Shown here: positions 1-9,899 of the stretch, one piece after another
Position numbering within the stretch: the stretch's first letter is position 1
Layout: each line of letters starts with the position of its first letter
Origin: Amoebophrya sp. A120
Lineage: Eukaryota > Protista > Dinoflagellata
Assembly: GCA_905178155.1 (NCBI GenBank)
Contig: CAJINV010000009.1
Coordinates: 1,746,659 to 1,810,658, forward strand
Length of the DNA: 64,000 bases
Direction: 5' to 3'
Translations under genes and position numbers: made by a program
The notes under the pieces: generated by a model
The model's database searches: none
Seen by the model: the letters and a program-made list of their open reading frames with translations, nothing else
What the model was told of the DNA's origin: nothing

Positions 1-250
1 GCCAAGCCAAGCCAAGCCAAGCCAAGCCAAGCCAAGCCAAGCCAAGCCAAGCCAAGCCAAGCCAAGCCAAGCCAAGCCAAGCCAAGCCAGGCAGGAGCAA
101 GGCAAGCCAAGCCAAGCCAAGCCAGGCAGGAGCAAGGCAAGCCAAGCCAAGCCAGGCAGGAGCAAGGCAAGGCAAGCCAGGCAGGAGCAAGGCAAGGCAA
201 GCCAGACAGGAGCAAGGCAAGCCAGGAGCAAGGCAGGCCAGGAGCAACCC
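1..250. repeat. (GCCAA)n pentamer array degenerating inward
   Basis: 17 perfect GCCAA copies at 1-85, then interspersed GGCAA, GCCAG and GCAGGAGCAAG variants to about 250. Confidence 0.95.
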
Positions 251-2598
251 AAGACGCACGGCATGGCGCAGCGAGACGCGCCGCCCGCGGAGACGACAGT
301 GGCGCTACGAGAGCACCAAAAAGACGAGTGCAACAATTTTCATACCGTCGCGATTCGCAAAAAAGCGCGCAAAAACGCAACGCAAAATGGTCCGCCCCGC
401 GTGCGCCGTAGCACCGGGCGAAACGAAAAAGCAGCAGCCGCCCCAGGCAAGACAAGCCGCATCGCTTGAATTGCCAGAGGCAACGCCAACCACGAGCGGA
501 GTGCCTCCATTCCGAAAACAGGAAGCGCGACGCTTCCGCTGTTGTCACGTAGCGCCCAAGTCGCAGCGTGCCACCGTGATTCACTTTTTACCTCCCAGCA
601 CTCAACGGTCTCAAAAACAAATACGACTACTTCGCTCACATTACAATAGTAATTTCCACCGCCCCAGCTGCCCCCACACAAACGAAGTGAAAAAAATTAT
701 ACCGGTCTTTTGATGAAATCAACTACATGTTGTGCATTCTTGTGCTTTTTTTTCAAAGTGAACAGGAAACGGAAGAGCTGCAGCACGTTCTTGATCAAGT
801 TGCAACATTCAAAAAAGCAGGACCATACGATTGCACGAATACGAAAATCGTCATCACCCACAACTTGTCCTGAGCTTCTGATTCGAGGAAAATCAACGAC
901 ATCCACATTGCGAAAAATGCCAACCGACGGTGCAGCTGCAACCTCCCACGATGCACGATTGGAAATTTAATATAGTTTAGTTAAGGTACTAGTTATGGAA
1001 AACGATAGAATCCTGCATCAAATCTTCACGACGGTGCCTCATGGGCCCCCTCCAACGAAAGGGCAACCTCTGTGTGCATCAACCCGCCACACCCAGCATA
1101 GTAGGGCATCGTCATGTCGTGCTTGTTTACCACAAAATGCACGAAAAATGTGTCGCAACGGGTAGACACGAAGAAGAAGAACAGACACTGTCTACAAATT
1201 TCAAAGACTCTCGAGCCCGAGGTGGACAAGAGAGTAACGACTCCCTGACTGGTTCTAGTACTAGTAGAGAGCTCATGCGTTTCTATTTCGTAGAATGGAA
1301 TTCGAATTGGCTGCGCATTTGTTCATTTTCGAGTTTTCACGCCAGTGGCTGCAAGGGAAAATTTAGATCATCTGGGATACAGATGCTGTTGCGTAGCAAA
1401 AGCGTAAAGGCACTATAAATGGAAGGGCTTCTCGTCTGTAGTCGATGCCCTACGATAGAAGGCAAGTGACGGCTTCTGTGCGTGCTTTCGTTCCTATTCC
1501 AGATGCTGCAAAGTAGGCGACGTGAGAAAGCATACCATCGTGCAGAAAAACGACGACGAGAGATGTTGTATAGTCTCAATCTGGCTGTCCTTGTAGACCT
1601 TATGCTGTCGGGGAACGAATAGTGAATTTGATTTCGCGTCCGGGTCTACATGCGCATGCCGAAAAGGGTAAGGGTAGTCAACGTACTAGTGTACTCGCGA
1701 TCTTCATCTTCGTGCCAATCTTGGTCTAGACATACATTGAGAACTCCACGGAACAGATATAGAAGAAGGTTGCATTTTTTAAGAGCAAGAATCAAAATGA
1801 TATAGTTACAACCATAACGGGGGGTCTATATTAAAACTTCAGAACTTGTAGAAAACTTGTCGAAAACTTTGAAAAGCAGAGAAAATAGACGACGCGAAGC
1901 CACCAAGGGCCGGCGCTCCTTTCTTGGCGCCGTGCCGCCGTGTTTCGTGGTCGTATATGATGGCCGACACAAGGCGAGCGCGCTGGCGCCGGTCACACGT
2001 GAATCGCGGGCGGAATCCTCTTAAAAAACTGCTAACCTCTTACGCGCTTGGGCCGCGTGGCATGCTGCTTCGTGATAGGTTTCGACCCCGGGGCCGAAGC
2101 TGACGGCTGTACTTTTTACATGCGGCGCCCACCGTCGTGGGCAACCTTGTGCACCAAGGCACGGCGCAGGGTCAAAGACGCGAACATCTAAAGCATTGCT
2201 GAGGGTATTGCTTTCGCAGGATCTGCGTGGCGATTTGCGCACGTTCTTTTTTGCACTTTTACGCTGCTCCTGAAAAATGGAAGCCGAGGCCCCCACGCCA
2301 CTTTCCCGACCACCCGTTTTTTTGTCAAGGGCTAAACAAGCTAAAAAGGAAACTTGGCCAGGACTTTTAAAAAACTTCGAAAAGGGGCACCGAAACAGTT
2401 CCGGGCCCTAGCAGAATCCGCCGCGGAGGGCTTCAAGAAGAGCCGCCAGGCTAGAATCTCGGCAGAGGTTTTGCCCGGCTCTTTTCCGGCGCATCAAAAG
2501 AGGACAGCGAAAGCCTTCCGCTTTTTGGCCCCCGCCATGCCCTCGAGCCAAAATCAGAATAGCCTCATCGCCAGGCTCTACCTCATCCCCCGCGGGCG

Positions 2599-2920
2599 TC
2601 CTCGAGCCGGCCGGCTGTCAATCCAACAGCCCCCCCCTCTTCTACCTCGCGCCGCTGTCCCCCTCTTCTACCTGCCTCGCGTTGCGCCACAGACTCCAAC
2701 TCTTCCAGGCGGGCCCAAGAAGGTAGTGGCTTCCGAGTAGAAATAAATCCCATCTCCGGGCTGTGCTGCGTCTTCCACTTCCTCGAGTCGGCCGGCTCTA
2801 AATCCCACAACCCCCCCCTCTTCTGCGTCGCGTCGCAGTCCTCTTCTTCTACCTCGCGGGGCGTGACGCACTCCAACTCATCCCGAATTTGCATTGCTGC
2901 CTGAGTGGCTTCCGAGAGTA
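2599..2920. repeat. Imperfect ~180-bp tandem duplication inside the TIR element
   Basis: CCTCGAGYCGGCCGGCT occurs at about 2600 and 2781; GTGGCTTCCGAG occurs at about 2726 and 2906. Confidence 0.7.
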
Positions 2921-5160
2921 GTCTCTCAAGTCGGGAAATAAGTATAGTGATACCCAATCCAGTACCAATCCCCAACTCCAACCCATCCCGGAACTAAGAC
3001 CCAAGCCCACGCATATCCCTCCCTTCGCCATCCGATCTAATATCCAAAAACCCAAAAGCTTGACTAAGCGAACCCCATTCATCGCAAAAGTGCCGGCATT
3101 GACAAAACATAACAAAAAAACACCACCAGCATACCATCGGCGCTGGAGCAATGCTGACTTTGGCACGGTGGTACGGCGGAGGCCAAAAAATGCGACTTTT
3201 TTGCATGCTGTGCTGTTTCGGCGAGCCCGAAATGAGCCCGAAAAGAGTTCGAAAAAACTTTTTTTCTGGCCTCCCTTCTCGAAGCTCCCCGCGGCGGATT
3301 CTGCTTGAAACCGGCACTGTTTTGGTGCCCCAAGTGAAAGCTTTTAAAAAGTTTTTCAAAAGTTTTTTTTTCGGGAATTAGCTCGGGATTCATTTTTTTG
3401 TTCATCCCATGGCCGCCCTGGCTCTTTTTGGCCATAAAAATCCAGAATTTGGAAAAAAAAAACCTAAAAAATTCTTCTGGGGGTCTGGGGCCGCAAACAG
3501 GAGGGGGCCCGGCGACACGTCGGCCGAGACAGGCTCCCTGGTGTGCTTGCAATATCACGCGACGGCCTTGCCATGTCGGGGGCGAAATCCTCGCGCGGCA
3601 CGCCCACAATGGTTCTGCCCGTGCTTCCCAAGCCCGGAAGGCTTCCAAAAATGCAACCAGGCCGCCGCCCCGGGCCTGGTGAAATAACACAGAAAAACCC
3701 ACGCGACTGGCACGCAAACCACTTCGCGCGGGCAGTCGGAATATGACGCGGAGGGCCTATGACGACCGGGCCATGAAGAAACGAGGCCCGAAAACGGAAA
3801 CGCGGCGTGGAGGTTTCCTACGAATCTGCCCAAAAAAAATTTCAGAAAAATTTCAAAATTGACGCCCGGACGATGGATGGGGCGTCAAAACACCTCAAAA
3901 CAAATTTCAGAATTTGCCCGAGGGCGCAAAATCCCACACGTTTGCAATGAAGTCCAAACTTCTGAAATTTTATCTGAAATTTTTTTTGCGCGTTTGAAAT
4001 TTTGTCTGACATTTGTTTTGGTTGTCCGGGCGGATTTTCTTCGGAAGAAGAAATTGCCCGGCAACAATTTCATTTTTCGGAGAAACCCACCCAGACAACC
4101 CAGGAAACCCGGAACACCACTGCGCCAACACCCTCCAACACTGCGCCCCCCACAATACTCCCCACCCTACCCTTCCACACAGAGCTGCCACAGAAAACTC
4201 AACAAAAGGAAAACGAGGGCGAGACCGCCTACAAACGACCACGCCACTCGGGGCCAGGCCATTGCAGGCCAAAACATGCGCCGGGCGCAAGCTTGCTGCA
4301 GACGGCCCACGCCGGAGATTACCCACGCAAGAGAATAAAAAAGACGGGCACAACGCCGAAAAGTTTTTCTTTGGATTTTTTTCGCTTTTTTTTTGGATTT
4401 TGTTTGCGAGGCGCTTGGATTTTCTTTGCGTTTTCGGCTAAGGGGCAAAATGTTGCGAATTTTTGAGGGCCAGAAAAGCGGCGTCGTGCCATCGGTTTTG
4501 GTTTTTCACATATAGCGCAAAAATGCAAAAAAAAAACTTTTCAAAATGGACGCACAGGTCGCGTTTTGCCTCAGGATTCGGGCAAAAGTTGAAAAAGCGC
4601 GCTTTTTTGCCTACGCGGTGCCGCCGTGGATAACGTTACCCCCCACGCTATTCGTCGCATGTAAAATATGCAACCTTTCGCCCCGGCTCCGGGGTCCAAA
4701 CCTATCACGAAACAGGGCTGCACGCTGTTCAGACGCGTAATAAATGACAAATCTGCTGAGAAGATTCCGCCCGCGATTCACGTGTGACCGACGGCAGCGC
4801 GCGCGCCTTTTATCGGTCAACATATATGACCACGAAACACGACGGCACGGCACCACAAAGACGACAAAACCTGAGCCGCGAGCTTTGCCGATTTCGCAGG
4901 CAATGCCACCCTGCTTCGTGTCTGGGTAGCGCTTCTTTTGTACTTTTTGAAGACTCAACAGCCCAACTCCTTTCTGGCAGCGTGCCGCCGTGCCTGGGGT
5001 CAGAACAGGCGCCAAAAAGATAGCGGAGGTCAGAGTTTGCTTCTTCGACTGCGCCGCTTTTTCTTGTAGTAATTACAAACGCAACGCGGCGCAGGGGCGC
5101 GCCCCCTGGATCTCTCCAGACACACCTCTCGCGGCCGGCGCGCTGCGCCTGAGAACCGAG

Positions 5161-5246
5161 GCCCTAGGCCCTAAGCCCTAAACCCCAAACCCTAAGCCCG
5201 TGCCAGGTGAAAAGGAGGAGGGCCAAACCCTAGACCCTAGACCCTG
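5161..5246 (+). repeat. Degenerate telomere-like CCCTAAA heptamers
   Basis: CCCTAGG CCCTAAG CCCTAAA CCCCAAA CCCTAAG, then CCCTAGA twice. These are variants of the complement of TTTAGGG. Confidence 0.6.
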
Positions 5247-6642
5247 CTAGCCACAAAGGAGGAGGGCTGGCCCCGGATGGGGGGATGGCCACCCCAGTGC
5301 GTTGGCCCCTCGGTCAAATAAACAACATGGCCACCCAAGTGCGTGCCTGGGGCAACTCTGCACTGTTCCGAACCCGCTGCCAAGCTGTTGGCGTTATTTT
5401 CTTATTTTCGCCAATGCCTTTGCTTTTGCGGCGCAAGGGGATTCCTGAGCCAGGCTAGGCTTTTGGGCTTTGTTTTTAGTGCTAGGGGTCTCTCTTTGAT
5501 ACTACGAACAGCGAGCAGATCGCTTTGGTCCTTGGCCTTGACCGCGAAGCACGCCGATGCTGCACGTTGTGCCACCAGGCTCGGCGCGGCCCCAACCTTC
5601 TCTGATGCGGGCGCTTTTCACTCAGGTGAAGTGCGCAAGCTGGGGACCCACGAAAAACGCAGGGCCCCATCGGTCACACAGGAACCACGATGGCAAGCTG
5701 CGGCCCATTCTCGTGCTGGCCGTGTGGTCGCTGGCTACGAAGTTTGGAGAAAGCCTCGCGGACGAGCAGGCCTTCAGGAAATTCAAAGTTTTCAAAAAGT
5801 TTTCCAAAAGTTCTGGAGCCGATGACTAGACCCCCCGTTATGGTTGTAATATAGCAATGAAATCTATGAAGATGACGTCGACTAACGATATTCGTATTGC
5901 GTTTGTATGTTGCATTTTTTTGAAATTCGAATTCGAAACTGTACTACGTCTTGCTGGAACTGAGAAAAGAATATATAATATCCTACATGAAGCTGCTGTA
6001 TTTATTTGGAGTGTTGTATAGAACGGCGAAGATGAGAGTAAAAATGTTTTCAACGTTGACGTCGTGGAAGAACGTCAACATGGATAAAGTCGTCTTGACT
6101 GGCTCGCTGCAGATGTGAGGCAGTGCAGCATGCACGCTTAAAAAAGCCGTGGTGTGCTACATCTACAACACGTCGAAAAGATCCAGCTGCACGTCCGTCA
6201 ATGCGGCATGAGAATGAAAATTACCATGCATTACTTAGAGTGGCAAAACATCAAAAACAGACAGTGCAAGTATATTAGTCAAATGCTGGACGACGTCATC
6301 TCGTGGATGTACTGAAAATGCAAATATATTGTAGAAATTGGGGGGGGCGGCGGCCGGGCGGTTGTGGATGCGGTGGGTTTTAATTACGGTTGCTTTATTG
6401 TTCGACTACGTAGAGTATCTATTGATGTTCTTGCGCTTTCTGTGGTTTAGGTGTCTTCTTGCTAACAGTGTCTACTTCCTCCTGGTGACGTTGTGGCAGT
6501 ACGTAGCAGCGGAGCAGCACTCGTTGTTCAGTGTAAAAAGGATTCAAAGTCGTTTTTGATCATCGTTCTTCGGTCAAGTAGACGACGACCCTAGGCGGCG
6601 GAGCAGTAGGCCAGCTCGTCGTCATCGAGCAGCTCGAATTCC

Positions 6643-7533
6643 TCAGCTTCGTCGTCTTCCGGGGCTTCCTCGCAGAAGATAAAGTCGTCGTCTGTTGTAA
6701 CGGAAAGGCTTCTTGTTTTTCATTTTCTTTTCGTTTCGCATTTTTCCCCTCGACATATGGGTATGGCCAAAGGCTGTGTATCTATTATCTAAAAGAGTTA
6801 TTTCAATATCAATTAAATTCATCGGAAAAAAAAGAATACGAGTAGTACCTTCATCAGCATTTTTGTCTTCGAAAAATTTCCAGCCAGCGGCTTCCCATTC
6901 GTCATAGAATTTCCACCCCACGCACTCCCAATCCGCGCGCTCGGTGTCGGATTTCGGGGGCTCGCCGTAGGTGGCTTCCGCAACGTCCTTGTACCATTGC
7001 GCGCCGGTTTGCTCCCAATCCGCAATCTCCTCCTCGGTGGGCTCGTGGAAGGTCTGGCTTTCCGCATCGCAAAAGTACGTGTGAGATTTCTTGTAGTCGC
7101 TGCTGGCGCTGCTGTTCCACCAGTCGAAGTGCGCGCTGTCCGGTTCAGCCGACCAGGACCAGGAGCTGTGGTAGTAGTCGTCCTCGCGCTGCTCGTTCTT
7201 GTAGTGGTACTCATCTTCGTCGGTCGTCCACGCGGCATCCTTCTCCTCCTCCGGCTGCTGCTCATCGTCTTCCTTCATCTTCTTGCTGTAGAACTTCCAG
7301 CCATTGCTGAGCCACTCCGCGACGTCCGAGGCCTCCGCGGGCTCGTAGTCTTCCTCGTTTTTGTAAAACTTCCAGCCAGCAGCAAGCCAGTCGGCCAGTT
7401 CCTGAGACGTCGCCACGCGGGTTGTGCTGTCAGCATTTTTTCCGTCAAACGATTCACTCTCGTCACAGCTGCGGTCTTCACTGTGGAATTTCCAGCCGGC
7501 GGACAGCCAGTCTGCGAGTTGCTCGATCGTCAT
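6643..7533 (-). CDS. Acidic Trp-rich repeat protein, unknown function
   Basis: 296-aa ORF with coding-like codon usage and six copies of a (D/E)WxxxGWKFY-like motif. The AT-rich 3' part below about 6850 is less certain. Confidence 0.75.
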   Translation of the reverse strand: MTIEQLADWLSAGWKFHSEDRSCDESESFDGKNADSTTRVATSQELADWLAAGWKFYKNEEDYEPAEASDVAEWLSNGWKFYSKKMKEDDEQQPEEEKDAAWTTDEDEYHYKNEQREDDYYHSSWSWSAEPDSAHFDWWNSSASSDYKKSHTYFCDAESQTFHEPTEEEIADWEQTGAQWYKDVAEATYGEPPKSDTERADWECVGWKFYDEWEAAGWKFFEDKNADEGTTRILFFPMNLIDIEITLLDNRYTAFGHTHMSRGKMRNEKKMKNKKPFRYNRRRLYLLRGSPGRRRS

Positions 7534-7649
7534 GACGTTTTGCTAATGCATGGCAAAAGTACCGCACTACTAGAGCAGAGCTGGAAAGGAACTGAACACG
7601 AACAAAGAATTTTCATGACAAGTTAGCTTTAAATCGAGGAGCGCTTGCG

Positions 7650-7708
7650 CGCGCTTTGCCAAAGCGCGATGATCTGGTAACCAAAGCGGCTTTGGTTACC
7701 AGATCATC
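7650..7708. repeat. Two abutting perfect palindromes
   Basis: CGCGCTTTG-C-CAAAGCGCG (7650-7668) and GATGATCTGGTAACCAAAGC-G-GCTTTGGTTACCAGATCATC (7668-7708). Confidence 0.9.
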
Positions 7709-7774
7709 AAAGCTTTCAACTGGAAAAGAAGATGAAGATGGATTTCTCATACTCATGCACTATTTCTATCTGTA

Positions 7775-8704
7775 TTAGTATTGAATTCCAAACCAATAAG
7801 CACAACAAGGGTGAGCGCGATATTTTTGCACTGGATATTCTTGGTCGTCCGAGGATTTATTTTCATCGTCAGTGATGTCGATGCACTGCTCGACGTTGTC
7901 GGTCTGGGTCGAGGATTCGACGTTGTACTTGTAGCTGTGTCCGCCCCACTTTGTGTTCTCCTGCTGCTCGTTTTCGTCGTCGTCCTGTTCCCAGAAGAAC
8001 TTGTTTGCGGACATGAAGCCGGACCAGTCATCACTGTCATCTTCCGCGTCGAGCTGGTCCTCGTCATCTTGCTCGACCGGTGCTTGTTCTTGATGCGCGT
8101 CGCACTCGGCGTCCTTCTGCATGGTCCACCGCCAGCCGTTCAGGTGCCAGGTGTTCGGATTTTCCGGATCGTAGTGCTCTTCACTGGCCGCGGAAGCGTT
8201 GGCGCTGCTCTCGTCGTCCTCATTCCACCAGTTGTACTGGTTGTCCTTGTTGTGGTGCTCTTCGTCCCAGTTCCAAAAGTCATAGCCGTACTTGTTGTTA
8301 TTCCACGAGTACTGGTAGAGGTCGTCGTAATCCTGGGGCGCGTAGAAGTCGTTGTAAGAGCCGTAAAAGCAGTCGAAGTTGCTGTCGTACTTCTTTTTCT
8401 CCTCTTTCTCCTGCTCTAAGGCCAACAACGTGGACGCCAGGGCGGCCTCGACATCCGTGGTGGCGGAAGCGAAAGTGCAGCACAGGGAATCCGGTTCCGG
8501 TTCTTGTTCGGCAGATTTTACCTTACCATGCTCCGTTTCATCGTCCTCCTCTTTGCGCTCGTAGGTCTTCCAGCCGGCCAAGTGCCAGGTGGAGGGGTCC
8601 TCAGCGTTGTATCCGTCCACATGCTTCCAACCACGCGCCGCCCAATCCGCAGCCTCTTCTTCGCAAGATGTGCGAGACTGGGTCACCAACTCCATCGCTG
8701 TCAT
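7775..8704 (-). CDS. Acidic Trp/Tyr-rich protein related to its neighbour
   Basis: About 309 aa from the first ATG. Motifs ADWAARGWKH, STWHLAGWKTY and NTWHLNGWRW; D/E/N/Y/W-rich. Confidence 0.75.
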   Translation of the reverse strand: MTAMELVTQSRTSCEEEAADWAARGWKHVDGYNAEDPSTWHLAGWKTYERKEEDDETEHGKVKSAEQEPEPDSLCCTFASATTDVEAALASTLLALEQEKEEKKKYDSNFDCFYGSYNDFYAPQDYDDLYQYSWNNNKYGYDFWNWDEEHHNKDNQYNWWNEDDESSANASAASEEHYDPENPNTWHLNGWRWTMQKDAECDAHQEQAPVEQDDEDQLDAEDDSDDWSGFMSANKFFWEQDDDENEQQENTKWGGHSYKYNVESSTQTDNVEQCIDITDDENKSSDDQEYPVQKYRAHPCCAYWFGIQY

Positions 8705-9899
8705 TGTCAAGTCTGGCTTGCTTTGATGCTGACGACTGTCGCTGTGTTGAGACTAGCCTAGATTTTTATGACGTTTTTCTTTTTTCCAACAACGCAGGAC
8801 GGAAAAAACCTAGAACTTTTTCCAACTCGTTGGTCTGGAAGTTCGTTGTAAATGGTTGGAAACAACGTCGAAATTAACGAATGTAGATTTATTTTTGAAA
8901 CGGGCAAATAGAAGATGAGTGGCTGTTTCCACATTTTCGATGCGTGCGTTTTTCATATTCATATTCGTTTTCAGTACAATGGACGGTGGTGGAATCAGTA
9001 ATTTGCGATGGCAAAAAACCATTGCACGAATGCCCGGAGATATTAGGGACGACTTTGTAATGTACGACGAGAGTGAAAATAGTCATGTACGAAGTCTACG
9101 TCGAGTGGCAAGTTGCATCATTTGCCACGATGTGGACGGTGCTTTTGTTTTTCTACCATACTAGGGAAATATTTGATCTACCACAAATAACAAGACCCGG
9201 ACGATGAATCAACGATGTTCCCTATCGATTCGACTACGACTTCTTCTTGTTTGTTTCATATTTCTACAAATCGGACGGCATCTTAAGATCCATGCTCATG
9301 CGGTATTGCTTGCCGCTTGACCGACTGGACTTGTGTCTGGCGCTATCAACAGATTCTGATTCAATGAGTGCGCGTCTAGGCGATACTTGTAATTCCGAAA
9401 AGCCTGCTGCTCCTGACCGCATTTTTAAAGCGGTCACGACCGAATTCGAAAGTTCTGAGTCCTGTGCTTTAGATACGTCCACTTCTAGTACTCGATTACC
9501 ACAACCACCTAGTGATTTTTTATGTCAAGACGCTTTATTACGGCAACATCGATGCACGCCGTCTGTCAGTCGCAGATTTCCTGTTTCATGCGCGATTGAA
9601 GTACGCACACAGAAAGTAAGAACAAGCTGTCATCCTCGAAATCGTGTTTGCACGGACACGTTTTCAAAGCACAATGCCCGTAGTTTTTGTCTTAGCTGCG
9701 GAGCCTGTGCCCGTGCCAGGCCGAGGCACTGACTTGTTGTGGATTCATTCTTGCGTTGGTCATGGTCGCTTCGTCATTTTACAAGAACATCACTTTATCT
9801 TCGCTTGAACTTGATGCGGTTTGCTGTGTCTGTATCTATTGATGTCGGTCCTAGTATACCGGCATGCACACTTCTCGCAGTGGTCGTCGTCCTTGTATC

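Larger units (their letters stand above)
1806..5849. mobile_element. 4.0-kb TIR element with 5-bp TSD; no recognisable transposase (non-autonomous or decayed)
   Basis: TTACAACCATAACGGGGGGTCTA (1806-1828) is the exact reverse complement of 5827-5849. Imperfect pairing continues over GAAAACTT-type subrepeats (to about 1873 and 5782). TATAG flanks both ends (1801-1805, 5850-5854). Confidence 0.85.

Noticed and set aside
2541-2556. Dinoflagellate spliced-leader relic (CTCGAGCCAAAAT resembles the reverse complement of the SL 3' end)
   Set aside because: Only about 12 matching bases with a mismatch, and no gene follows.
2000-5800. ORFs inside the TIR element as a transposase
   Set aside because: They are short, biased by homopolymer runs, and show no DDE or other recognisable motif.
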